This document shows, piece by piece, positions 8,493 through 17,617 of a DNA stretch of 27,295 nt. Numbering within the stretch: the stretch's first letter is position 1; each line of letters starts with the position of its first letter. This DNA comes from Gemmatimonadota bacterium (GTDB taxonomy: Bacteria; Latescibacterota; UBA2968; UBA8231): positions 10,984 to 38,278 of the forward strand of contig JAYOYH010000015.1 of assembly GCA_038153405.1 (NCBI GenBank). Direction: 5' to 3'. A program made the position numbers and the translations under genes. Below the pieces are notes generated by a model, which saw only the letters and a program-made list of their open reading frames with translations, made no database searches and was not told the DNA's origin.

Positions 8493-11400
8493 ATGAGGTT
8501 CACAATCGTTGCTGTAGTAGCTCTGGGTATGCTGGGAGTGGCTGAAGCTAAAAATGGCGATGACTTGCAGATGGAGCAGATGGATAACTCCGTATTGAAG
8601 TTGACCATTAACGACATAGATACTACGGAAATAAGGCAACCCAAAAAAAGACCTCGAGCAAAGACATTAACTCAGTATGAATCTGCAACACTGCAAGCCG
8701 GTCACTCTACTTCATTTACTTCGATATTAACCTCTGTCTGGACACATTCCCGAAACGAATTCTTATATGTTTTTTCAGATGCCGATCCCATTCCCAGTTT
8801 TATTTCTTACTCATTGACGAGTATCTCATCCCCTCCAGGCTACGACTATGCCCATGTGTTAGGAGGTCAGATTTACGCGGAAGATGGCACGTATTTGGGA
8901 GTAGTTTCGTCTAATAAATATTCATCCGATTCCATTACAAATACCTTTGGTTCGTATGGCAGCAAATATAGTTCGACTTCTATTAAAAACGAGTTTGGCT
9001 CTTATGGTAGCCCTTATGCATCACAGTCGGCCTATAATAAGTATTCCAGTTCGCCTCCGGTCATTTATGTCGGTTCGACCGCTGTCTGCTATTTATCAAC
9101 GAATACTTTCAGATCGCCCAGATGCGATCCGGATGAGTTGTTTTCTTATTTGGCGGGCGATGCGCCGGGCGGTTTCCCTACCGTTCGTCATAGTATAGAG
9201 GTCAATTCCACAGCTCCAGCCGGAACATATGAATTTCCCGTTATTTTTGGTTTTTATAGTGAGGGGGACGCTTCTAATCTGATCGGTGCCGAAGCTGTTT
9301 GGTTTTCTATTACCGTTCAGTCTGCCAATAGCTCTCCTATTTTGTCGAATATAGGAAATAAGAGTGTTGCAGAAGGGGCAGAGTTGCGATTTACACTGTT
9401 CGCCTCCGATCCAGATGGCGATGCGTTGGCGTATAGCGGGTCAATGTCACCATCAGCCTCCGGTCCAACGCTGAGTAGCACCAGTGGCATATTTAGCTGG
9501 ACTCCAAATTCAAGCCAGTCTGGATCATACACTGCCACGTTTACTGTAGCTGATGGAAAAGGGGGGAGTGACTCAGAAACGATCACTATCACGGTGGCGA
9601 ATGTAAATCAGCCACCGGTTCTATCTACCGTTGGCAGCCGGACAATCTCAGAGGGCAGTGCATTAAATATAAATCTGTCGGCATCGGATGCCGACGGTAA
9701 TAATCTCACCTATTCGGTCTCTGGAAATCCATCTGGCTCATCGCTATCAGGCAATACGTTTAGTTGGACGCCTACATCCACTCAGTCGGGTAGTTATACC
9801 GTCACATTTACTGTCGATGATGGGGTGGGAAGTAGCGATTCAGAGACGATTACTATTTCCGTAACGGATAAGAATTTGCCTCCCGTGCTATCTGCCATTG
9901 GTGACCAAGCCGCATCGGAGGGAAGTGCTTTGACCATCACCTTGTCGGCTTCGGATGAAGATGGGGATGATCTTGTATACTCGGTGTCGAATAGTCCGGA
10001 TGGAGCATCAATATCTAATAATGAGTTTAGATGGACGCCAACAGCGACCCAGGCAGGAAGCTATGCAGTAACCTTCACCGTAGAAGATGGGATGGGTGGA
10101 AGTGACTCCGAAACGATCAGCATCGCGGTGGCGGATGTTAATATATCGCCAGCCCTATCTGCTATTGGTGACCAGGTGGTTTCGGAAGGTGAATTATTGA
10201 GTTTAACGCTGTCTGCTTTCGATGCCGATGGTGATAGCCTTGTATACTCGGTATCTAATAATCCATCCGAATCTTCGTTGTCGGGAAGCGAGTTTAGTTG
10301 GACGCCAACAACGACCCAGGCAGGAAGCTATGCAGTAACCTTCACCGTAGAAGATGGGATGGGGGGAAGTGATTCCGAAGCGATCACCATTACAGTAACG
10401 AATATTAACCTACCGCCCATGATATCAGCTATTGCTGACCAGATTGTTATGGAAGGGGAAACAATAACTATTACTCTATCGGCGGTAGACCCCGATAATG
10501 ATGAATTAACTTATTCCTTACTTAATATTCCGCCTGGGGCAGTTCTAACGGATTCTGTTTTTTCATGGACTCCCGCGTTTGATCGTGCGGGTGATTACAG
10601 CTTGTCCTTTTCAGTCGCCGACGGTAAGGGAGGAGAAGCTTCTACTACGGTTGCAGTGGTGGTAAGAGATATAAATCGCCCGCCAATATTTCAAGCGATT
10701 GACGGTCTTAAGGTTGCCCCTAATGAAGATTTAGAATTACGAGTATCTGCTCAGGACCCAGATGGTGATTCAGTAGAGCTCTCTATGCCGGATAGCCCAG
10801 AGGGTTCGCAGTTGGTTGACTCCGTTTTTACTTGGATTCCACATGTAACAGATATTGGTTTATCTACGCTCAGATTTGTAGCGGTCGATAGCGGGGGAGC
10901 ATCCGATACTTTGGACGTTGAAATCTCCGTTGAAGCAAACGGACCAATTGCTTCGTTAATTGAAATGGACCTCGACCCAGAATCGGGAAATCAGGCGCTA
11001 AAAGGGGCTGATATTGCTGATGGTGAAACAATCGAAATCGAGTTCCACTATATCGGAGATGCAAATATAACAGGCTTCGGATTAACATTAGAGTTTGATG
11101 CAGACGTTATCGAATTAAAAGTAGGAGAGTTTACATCAAATATTGGACCTGCCGCTAATGTATTGCCTTTAGCAGTTCTTTCCGGAAGTGTAGCCCAACT
11201 GGGAGCGGTCAATACAGATGGTCGTATCATCGAAAATAAGCAGATCTGCACAATCCCTATTCTTTTAAATTTGGAATTAGAAGGACCAACAGTAGTAACA
11301 TTAAGCCAGATAATACTAAAGTTTGATGACCGATCGGATCTACAACTTGCTGTTAACGAACAAATAACTATTTCACCTCGTCTTGTAACTGGAGACTTTG

Positions 11401-11876
11401 ATGGGAATGGCGTTGTAGACTTCGTGGATTTTTTCAGTTTTGCCGATGCCTTCGGTGCACCATCCTTCGATCCCAGATACGATTTAAATGGTGATGGCGA
11501 GGTGAGTTTCCTCGACTTCTTTATGTTCGCCGATTTTTTCTCCAGTAATGAACGAGCAAAGTTGATGGTCCTTGCAGAGAGATTGATTGGGTTGCCTACC
11601 AGAACGCTGCTTTCTCAGAATTTCCCTAATCCATTCAATAGCGATACTTCGATTTTTTATACGATTGGCTCACCAGGTTATATAGAACTCTCCGTATATG
11701 ATTTAAATGGCCAGAGAGTAAAATCATTGACAAAGAAGCATCACGCTCCGGGTCAATACCAACTCTCATGGGATGGGACGAACGGCGCAGGTAGTCAAGT
11801 ATCAAGTGGAATCTATTTACTCCAGATACAGTCCGAAACAAGCACAGATACGCGTAAAATGATGTTGGTTAAATAG
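8493..11876 (+). CDS. Secreted multidomain surface protein: signal peptide, Ig-like domain with an inserted GSYGS-repeat domain, 6 cadherin/putative-Ig repeats, cohesin-like domain, dockerin/EF-hand pair, FlgD-Ig/T9SS-type C-terminal domain
   Basis: N-terminal MRFTIVAVVALGMLGVAEA signal peptide. Six repeats with NxxP...A.D.DGD.L.YS...FSWTP...G.Y...F.V.DG. Dockerin-like GDFDGNGVVDFVDFF...DLNGDGEVSFLDFF. C-terminal LSQNFPNPFN...VYDLNGQRVKSL...WDG...SSGIYL...RKMMLVK. Confidence 0.88.
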   Translation: MRFTIVAVVALGMLGVAEAKNGDDLQMEQMDNSVLKLTINDIDTTEIRQPKKRPRAKTLTQYESATLQAGHSTSFTSILTSVWTHSRNEFLYVFSDADPIPSFISYSLTSISSPPGYDYAHVLGGQIYAEDGTYLGVVSSNKYSSDSITNTFGSYGSKYSSTSIKNEFGSYGSPYASQSAYNKYSSSPPVIYVGSTAVCYLSTNTFRSPRCDPDELFSYLAGDAPGGFPTVRHSIEVNSTAPAGTYEFPVIFGFYSEGDASNLIGAEAVWFSITVQSANSSPILSNIGNKSVAEGAELRFTLFASDPDGDALAYSGSMSPSASGPTLSSTSGIFSWTPNSSQSGSYTATFTVADGKGGSDSETITITVANVNQPPVLSTVGSRTISEGSALNINLSASDADGNNLTYSVSGNPSGSSLSGNTFSWTPTSTQSGSYTVTFTVDDGVGSSDSETITISVTDKNLPPVLSAIGDQAASEGSALTITLSASDEDGDDLVYSVSNSPDGASISNNEFRWTPTATQAGSYAVTFTVEDGMGGSDSETISIAVADVNISPALSAIGDQVVSEGELLSLTLSAFDADGDSLVYSVSNNPSESSLSGSEFSWTPTTTQAGSYAVTFTVEDGMGGSDSEAITITVTNINLPPMISAIADQIVMEGETITITLSAVDPDNDELTYSLLNIPPGAVLTDSVFSWTPAFDRAGDYSLSFSVADGKGGEASTTVAVVVRDINRPPIFQAIDGLKVAPNEDLELRVSAQDPDGDSVELSMPDSPEGSQLVDSVFTWIPHVTDIGLSTLRFVAVDSGGASDTLDVEISVEANGPIASLIEMDLDPESGNQALKGADIADGETIEIEFHYIGDANITGFGLTLEFDADVIELKVGEFTSNIGPAANVLPLAVLSGSVAQLGAVNTDGRIIENKQICTIPILLNLELEGPTVVTLSQIILKFDDRSDLQLAVNEQITISPRLVTGDFDGNGVVDFVDFFSFADAFGAPSFDPRYDLNGDGEVSFLDFFMFADFFSSNERAKLMVLAERLIGLPTRTLLSQNFPNPFNSDTSIFYTIGSPGYIELSVYDLNGQRVKSLTKKHHAPGQYQLSWDGTNGAGSQVSSGIYLLQIQSETSTDTRKMMLVK
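9327..10935 (+). repeat. Six tandem cadherin/Ig-like coding repeats (267 nt, 89 aa; the first is 93 aa)
   Basis: Repeat-start Asn codons at 9327, 9606, 9873, 10140, 10407 and 10674, with an exact 267-nt period from the second repeat on. The end coordinate is approximate. Confidence 0.9.
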
Positions 11877-12069
11877 GCGATCTCAGCCGCGCGATCGAAT
11901 CGTGGTCGGGGGGCGTATTGGATCGACCTCGTAGCGGAGAATCGCTATGCTTACCATCCGGACCATGAAATTTAGCTCGATGTATTGGCAACGACAGTCC
12001 TCATCTTTGCTTGGCGTGTGGGCAAGGGTGCATGATTGACTCAGGCTCAACGGCTTCTACGGAGTTAGT

Positions 12070-15000
12070 ATGCAATTACCTCACTTTCGATTTAGACAAA
12101 ATACAATCTCGATGCTGTCGGCTTACTTCGTCCTGTTTATATCTCTAAGTGTATCAGGACAAGAGCTACCCAAAACTTCTCACACCAAAGATGTAGTTCA
12201 TGGTCTGGAACATCGTCTGGCACAGCTGACTCATAAACCTATCGCCGGAAAATTAGCCGCGCCCTACGCAGGAATAAAATTAAGGGACGATGGCAAGGTC
12301 GTAGTTATTATCGAGCCTTTAGACGGTTCCAGAGCTGCTGATATTGACTCTTTAGGTCTGGTCGCATTGGGCGCAGAAATACTTGCTCAGTCAAAAAGTC
12401 TGATTCGAGCAGCAATCCCAGTCGACCAACTTTTGTCGGCACGCGATGTGACTGGAGTCCAGTTCATACGAACACCATATCATCCTTTAAAAAACAGTGC
12501 CACCTCTGAGGGAGTAGGCCTAATTAACGCTGACAATTATCATCGCAATGGTTTGCTTGGCGCTGGAACAAAGGTGGCTATAATCGATCCGGGATTTACA
12601 AACGCAAACCGTTTATCATCCGATATGCCAGAGACGTGGGAAACGAGAGACTTTACTGAGGATGGCATGTATCGTGGAGGCGTTCACGGATCTGGCTGCG
12701 CGGAAATTGTCTATGACATTGCCCCTAAAGCGGAGCTTCATCTTCTACGCATCGGTGACCTCGTTGATTTAGAAAACGCGAAAGACTACTGTATTGCTCA
12801 CAACATCGATATAGTGAATTACTCAAGCGCTTGGGTGGGAACAGGCTTTGGGGATGGACGCGGGTTTGCATGCGAAATCGTAGACGATGCTGAAGAGAAT
12901 GGAATTCTTTGGGTCAATTCTGCTGGCAATTATGCTCAAAGCCAATATTCAGGTTTTTGGAGCGATGGCAACAGCAACAACCTTCACGATTTTGCTCCAG
13001 GTGATGAGATAATCTCACTGGAGAATGTTACCGCTGGAGATACGGTCGACGTTTGGCTAACATGGAATGAGTGGCCTACTACAGACCAAGACTATGATCT
13101 CTTCCTATACCGCACGGACGGAACAACCTTTGAACGCATTGCTGAAAGCAGCACAACTCAAAGAAACAGCAAACCAGTCGAGAGGGTCGAGCACGTCATT
13201 CAAAGCGATGGGGAATACGGAGTAGCTATATGGAAAGACGAAAATGCTCGCGGCACCGTTGTAAAAGTGTGGTCCGGAAACCATAAGTTATCAGAATTCA
13301 CCTCTCTTATTGGCCATATTGCATCACCAGCCGATGCTCGCGGGGCTTTTGCTGTTGGTGCTGTTGCTCATTTTGATTGGAGCAGGCAACGCATTGCACC
13401 TTACAGTTCGCGCGGTCCAACTGTGGACGGTAGAATTAAGCCAGATATAGTCGCACCAACACAGGTCTCCACAGCCTCTTATCCCTCAGGCTTTGCTGGC
13501 ACCTCAGCTGCGGCTCCGCATGCTGCTGCTGCTGCTGCACTTGTATTATCGGGAAATCCCTCGATGACTCCACGACAGATAGCAGCAGTCCTTACATCAA
13601 ATGCGCGAGATGCAGGTGATCCAGGTGAGGATAACACGTTTGGCTTCGGGTTATTGTCACTACCCAATCCCCCATCCTTCGATACATCACTACATACCGT
13701 CTGGGATGGATGGTGGGAGATTGATCAAGGTAGGATCGAGTCCGAAGACAAAACATGGCAATTTAACTCTTACGGGATAACAGATCGCGACAGCATTGCC
13801 GTAACAGGGATAGTCGTCGCCACTGTCACGAATAAAACACTTTACCCGCTTAACATGTCATATAGTGTGGCTTTTCTTGATTCCAATAATGAGGAAATAG
13901 CCACAAGGTTTGTTCCAGAGGCGCGCTTGCTTACACTCGACGCTGGCGAGAGCAGACAAATTCATGTCGATTTTCTCGGAGTATTTAGTGACCTATCGGC
14001 AGTTGAACGGGTAACCAGAGCGGCCCTATTTGGAGGTTTCAAAATCCAGGCTCCAGAAGCTGCGTTTGAGGCAACACCTATTAGCGGCGACGCTCCACTT
14101 GAAGTTAGATTTACGAACCGATCTACAGGAAAAATAGACGAATACTTATGGGGATTTGGCGATGGGGATATTAGCACTATGGTGAACCCCACGCACACTT
14201 ATAATACGCCCGGAACATATGCAGTGACTCTCACTGCTAAAAATCCGGGTGGTAACGGTCGCGTAGTTCAGGCTATTACAGTTCGGCAAGCAGTTTATAC
14301 GGCTTCCGGACGCGTAACTTTAGCGGGCAAATCAAATCATTCAGGGGTTCGGATTGCGTTTACAAAGGATAGTGGATCGGGCACTATTCCATCATCGGTG
14401 ACTACCAAAATCGATGGGACCTGGTCACAAGACGGCTTTCACCCAGGCACCAGATACAGAGCGACTCCAAGCTTAGGTGGCTGGACATTTAAGCCTTTAA
14501 GCAGACCCATTACACAAGCTGCACCAATCTACAATTTCTTGGGTGAACAAGCCGCGTTCTCTGTATCGGGAAGAGTAACTCTATCGGGTCAATCGACTCA
14601 TTCAGGGGTGCGGATTGCTTTTACCCGCGTGTCTGGTTCTGGAACAATCCCACCTGCTGTCCACACGGCATCAAATGGAACGTGGTCACAAAACGGGTTT
14701 GAACCTGGAACTACATACCGTGCAGCTGTAACAAGTAGTGGGTGGACTTTCACCCCCGCCAGTAGGCAGATCACGCAAGCAGTAACTAATCTTAATTTTC
14801 AAGGCGAGCAAGCGGCCTTTTCCACTTCAGGCCGCATTACTTTAACTGGTCAGTCGAATCATTCTGGCGTAAGGATCGCATTTACCCGTGTATCTGGTTC
14901 AGGCTCAATTCCAAGTGTTGTCAACACTTCGTCGAGTGGGGTTTGGTTTAGAAATGGTTTTGAATCAGGAACAACCTATAGGATAACACCAACGCGGTCA

Positions 15001-16026
15001 GGTTATTCGTTTACACCCGGCAGTCGTGTAGTTACCTCAGGTTCTGGTTCAATGGATTTTACGGGCACTGCGGCTGCCAGCACTGAAACATATACGATTT
15101 CAGGACGAGTAACACTAAATGGTAAAACAAACCATTCAGGTGTAATAGTCAATTTTAGGCGAGTTTCTGGTAGCGGAGCTATTCCGTCGCGTGTTATCAC
15201 ATCAGCAAACGGGTCGTGGACTCGCAGCGGCTTCACAAGGCGATCCACTTATGAAGTTACACCGACTTATTCAGGTTGGACCTTTACACCTGAAAACCGA
15301 ACAGTGATTGGATCAGTCTCAACTCTCAATTTTAGAGGCAGTGAAACGAACCAACATGCAAGCATACCAAGTAGTGGCTTTTACGGGTATGCAGCTCCAT
15401 CAGTTACAGGGCAACCTAAGGTAGCGAGTTTTCAATTCGACACCGAGAAGCAAGACTTGCTGCTATCATGGGAGCTAATTAGCAACGAAGAAAATGCAAT
15501 TAGCATTTGGCTAAATGGTTCATTCTTGTGGAGCATACCAGGCTCATCTACATCTTGGAAGACCTGGTATGGATCAATTCGCAGTAGTAGAATTAGAACC
15601 TCAGGAAACGTATTAGAATTTAGACATGGTCCTAACGCGAATCGAACCACTGGATATGATCGCTGGATGGTGAGAAATGTAAATCTATGGAAAAGCTTCA
15701 ACGCGAAAATTGCCGGTGCTCGGCCAATAGAAAGCCCGCCTCAACAGAAGACGTTCAGCATAGGCCTTCCATATCCATCACCATTTAATTCTACCGTAAC
15801 CATCCCTGTATCCGTAAGCACTTCAGCTACTGCTAACGTCCGTATTATCAACTTACTCGGCCAGCATATCGCAACCCTGCATGATGGCGTCTTAACACCT
15901 GGCCGCCATGCGTTCACCTGGAACACCAAAGATGAAAATGGAACCACTGTCACCACTGGCCTTTACATAGTGATACTACGCTCCGATGATCAATCATTGA
16001 CGAGAAAGCTTGTATTCATGCAGTAA
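12070..16026 (+). CDS. Secreted S8 (subtilisin-family) serine peptidase with PKD domain, four ~87-aa beta-rich repeats and a FlgD-Ig/T9SS-type C-terminal domain
   Basis: GGAG ribosome-binding site at 12061 and a hydrophobic signal-like segment. Catalytic triad motifs KVAIIDPG, HGSGCAE and FAGTSAAAPH; oxyanion-hole NSAGN; SSRGPTVDGRIKPDIVAP. PKD signature WGFGDG...NPTHTYNTPGTYAVTLT. C-terminal PYPSPFNS...NLLGQ...TTGLY...RKLVFMQ. Confidence 0.92.
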   Translation: MQLPHFRFRQNTISMLSAYFVLFISLSVSGQELPKTSHTKDVVHGLEHRLAQLTHKPIAGKLAAPYAGIKLRDDGKVVVIIEPLDGSRAADIDSLGLVALGAEILAQSKSLIRAAIPVDQLLSARDVTGVQFIRTPYHPLKNSATSEGVGLINADNYHRNGLLGAGTKVAIIDPGFTNANRLSSDMPETWETRDFTEDGMYRGGVHGSGCAEIVYDIAPKAELHLLRIGDLVDLENAKDYCIAHNIDIVNYSSAWVGTGFGDGRGFACEIVDDAEENGILWVNSAGNYAQSQYSGFWSDGNSNNLHDFAPGDEIISLENVTAGDTVDVWLTWNEWPTTDQDYDLFLYRTDGTTFERIAESSTTQRNSKPVERVEHVIQSDGEYGVAIWKDENARGTVVKVWSGNHKLSEFTSLIGHIASPADARGAFAVGAVAHFDWSRQRIAPYSSRGPTVDGRIKPDIVAPTQVSTASYPSGFAGTSAAAPHAAAAAALVLSGNPSMTPRQIAAVLTSNARDAGDPGEDNTFGFGLLSLPNPPSFDTSLHTVWDGWWEIDQGRIESEDKTWQFNSYGITDRDSIAVTGIVVATVTNKTLYPLNMSYSVAFLDSNNEEIATRFVPEARLLTLDAGESRQIHVDFLGVFSDLSAVERVTRAALFGGFKIQAPEAAFEATPISGDAPLEVRFTNRSTGKIDEYLWGFGDGDISTMVNPTHTYNTPGTYAVTLTAKNPGGNGRVVQAITVRQAVYTASGRVTLAGKSNHSGVRIAFTKDSGSGTIPSSVTTKIDGTWSQDGFHPGTRYRATPSLGGWTFKPLSRPITQAAPIYNFLGEQAAFSVSGRVTLSGQSTHSGVRIAFTRVSGSGTIPPAVHTASNGTWSQNGFEPGTTYRAAVTSSGWTFTPASRQITQAVTNLNFQGEQAAFSTSGRITLTGQSNHSGVRIAFTRVSGSGSIPSVVNTSSSGVWFRNGFESGTTYRITPTRSGYSFTPGSRVVTSGSGSMDFTGTAAASTETYTISGRVTLNGKTNHSGVIVNFRRVSGSGAIPSRVITSANGSWTRSGFTRRSTYEVTPTYSGWTFTPENRTVIGSVSTLNFRGSETNQHASIPSSGFYGYAAPSVTGQPKVASFQFDTEKQDLLLSWELISNEENAISIWLNGSFLWSIPGSSTSWKTWYGSIRSSRIRTSGNVLEFRHGPNANRTTGYDRWMVRNVNLWKSFNAKIAGARPIESPPQQKTFSIGLPYPSPFNSTVTIPVSVSTSATANVRIINLLGQHIATLHDGVLTPGRHAFTWNTKDENGTTVTTGLYIVILRSDDQSLTRKLVFMQ
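14296..15345 (+). repeat. Four tandem 87-91 aa coding repeats (SGRVTL.G.S.HSGV.I.F...SGSG.IP..V.T...G.W...GF....Y..TP...G.TF.P)
   Basis: Repeat starts at 14296, 14557, 14818 and 15091 (periods 261, 261 and 273 nt). The end coordinate is approximate. Confidence 0.9.
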
Positions 16027-16129
16027 AGTCGTAGGATGTTTAATCGAGATCGAACAACGGCATCGATCATTCTGGATTTCAGAACGGTGATAAGATACAA
16101 AATTCAATTTCAAGCTGAACAGGTTTAAA

Positions 16130-17617
16130 ATGTCTGATTTGCAAGGCAGATACATAGGTTGTCTACTCGGTCTATCTACAGGGGACGCGCTGGGGACGAC
16201 CTTAGAGTTTAAACCGCCCGGCACATTTACTCCTATAGATGATATGGTGGGCGGCGGACCATTCCAGCTAAAGCCCGGTCAGTGGACTGACGATACTTCG
16301 ATGGCGCTGTGTCTTGCTGAGAGCCTGATCAAATGCTGCGAGATGGACGCAAAGGATCAGATGGACCGCTATCTGCGTTGGTGGAAGGATGGCTATCTGA
16401 GTAGCACGGGAAGCTGCTTTGATATTGGCATTACGGTCCGTAACGCGCTCGCACACTATCAGCACATGGGCGAGCCCCTCGCGGGTTCGACGGACCCCCA
16501 AACGGCGGGGAATGGTTCTATCATGCGCCTGGCTCCTGTGCCACTTTTTTTTGCTGCTAATCCCGAAGACGCTATTTACCAGGCCGGGGAAAGCTCAAAG
16601 ACTACGCATGGCACGGCAGAAGCCGTGGATGGCTGTCGTTTACTTGCGGCTTTGATTGTCGGCGCTGTCCAGGCACGAACAAAGGAAGAGCTGTGCGCGC
16701 CGATGTTTTGTCCGGTATCGGGCCTGTGGAGTCGCGAGCCCTTATCGCCGAAAATTGCTGCAATTGCATCGGGTTCCTATAAAGACAAATCGCCGCCGGC
16801 GATTCGGGGGACGGGGTATGTAGTGGAATCCTTGGAAGCTGCGCTGTGGGCTTTTTACAATAGCACCAGTTTCAAAGAGGGCGCGCTGTTGGCGGTTAAT
16901 TTGGGCGACGACGCCGATACTACGGGGGCAGTATACGGTCAATTGGCCGGGGCGTATTATGGCACGGAGGGCATGCCCGAGGAATGGAAAGAAGTTGTCG
17001 CAAGCCGATCTCAAATTGAGGAGACGGCCATGCAGTTGCTGCATCCAGGCGACCGGCTGGCCCCAGAGGAGATAGTGCCCAATGTGCCTTTCGATCGCTC
17101 ATATTGGGTGGAGCCCGGCCGCTTGTTAGCTGGTTACTATCCCGGTGACGTCACCAAGAAAGATGCGCAAGAGAAACTGGATGCACTGGTCGATGCGGGG
17201 ATACGCTGCTTTATCAACCTGACAGAGGAAGATGAGAAAAGCACGGCAGGGAGCTTGGTGCGGTCTTACCAGCAGCTTCTTTTCGAACGCGCAGCCGCCC
17301 ACAATGTTAAGGTCAACTATCTGCGCATTCCGATCCGTGATCTCGGTATCCCATCCGAGCAGAATCTTATACACATCCTCAACACCATAGACTGGTCGAT
17401 TGAACACGATATGCCGGTTTATGTGCATTGTCGTGGGGGGATCGGCCGCACCGGCACGGTGGTCGGCTGTTATCTGGCGCGGCACGGTATCGCCACGGGA
17501 GCGGCTGTGATGGGGCACATCGCCGACCTCCGTCGCAGAGATGCTTGGGCAGATGTCGAATCTCCTGAGGCGCAAGAGCAGAAGACGCTGGTGTGCGCGT
17601 GGAAGCGAGGGCGGTGA
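16130..17617 (+). CDS. ADP-ribosylglycohydrolase (DraG/ARH family) fused to a C-terminal CX5R dual-specificity/tyrosine phosphatase domain
   Basis: Residues ~1-305 carry GDALG, WTDDT, GNGSIMR, THG and GDDADTTGAVYGQLAGA (ARH metal-binding motifs intact). Residues ~320-495 carry YWVEPGRLLAGYYP, IPIRDLGIP (general-acid loop) and the P-loop VHCRGGIGRTG (HCRGGIGRTG at 17426-17455). Confidence 0.93.
   Translation: MSDLQGRYIGCLLGLSTGDALGTTLEFKPPGTFTPIDDMVGGGPFQLKPGQWTDDTSMALCLAESLIKCCEMDAKDQMDRYLRWWKDGYLSSTGSCFDIGITVRNALAHYQHMGEPLAGSTDPQTAGNGSIMRLAPVPLFFAANPEDAIYQAGESSKTTHGTAEAVDGCRLLAALIVGAVQARTKEELCAPMFCPVSGLWSREPLSPKIAAIASGSYKDKSPPAIRGTGYVVESLEAALWAFYNSTSFKEGALLAVNLGDDADTTGAVYGQLAGAYYGTEGMPEEWKEVVASRSQIEETAMQLLHPGDRLAPEEIVPNVPFDRSYWVEPGRLLAGYYPGDVTKKDAQEKLDALVDAGIRCFINLTEEDEKSTAGSLVRSYQQLLFERAAAHNVKVNYLRIPIRDLGIPSEQNLIHILNTIDWSIEHDMPVYVHCRGGIGRTGTVVGCYLARHGIATGAAVMGHIADLRRRDAWADVESPEAQEQKTLVCAWKRGR

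Noticed and set aside
10023..10386. Possible diversity-generating retroelement template/variable repeat pair
   Set aside because: The mismatches (A/T, G/A, T/G, C/T, A/G) are not confined to adenines of one copy, both copies are in-frame domain repeats, and there is no reverse transcriptase in the window.
13505..13540. (GCT)n trinucleotide run in the protease gene
   Set aside because: It encodes the normal Ala-rich helix after the catalytic Ser (AAAPHAAAAAAL). It is in frame and too short to suggest phase variation.
12070..16026. S8 peptidase as an IetAS-type or other intracellular defence protease
   Set aside because: It has a signal-like N-terminus, PKD and sorting-type C-terminal domains, and no adjacent AAA ATPase partner. 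It looks extracellular.
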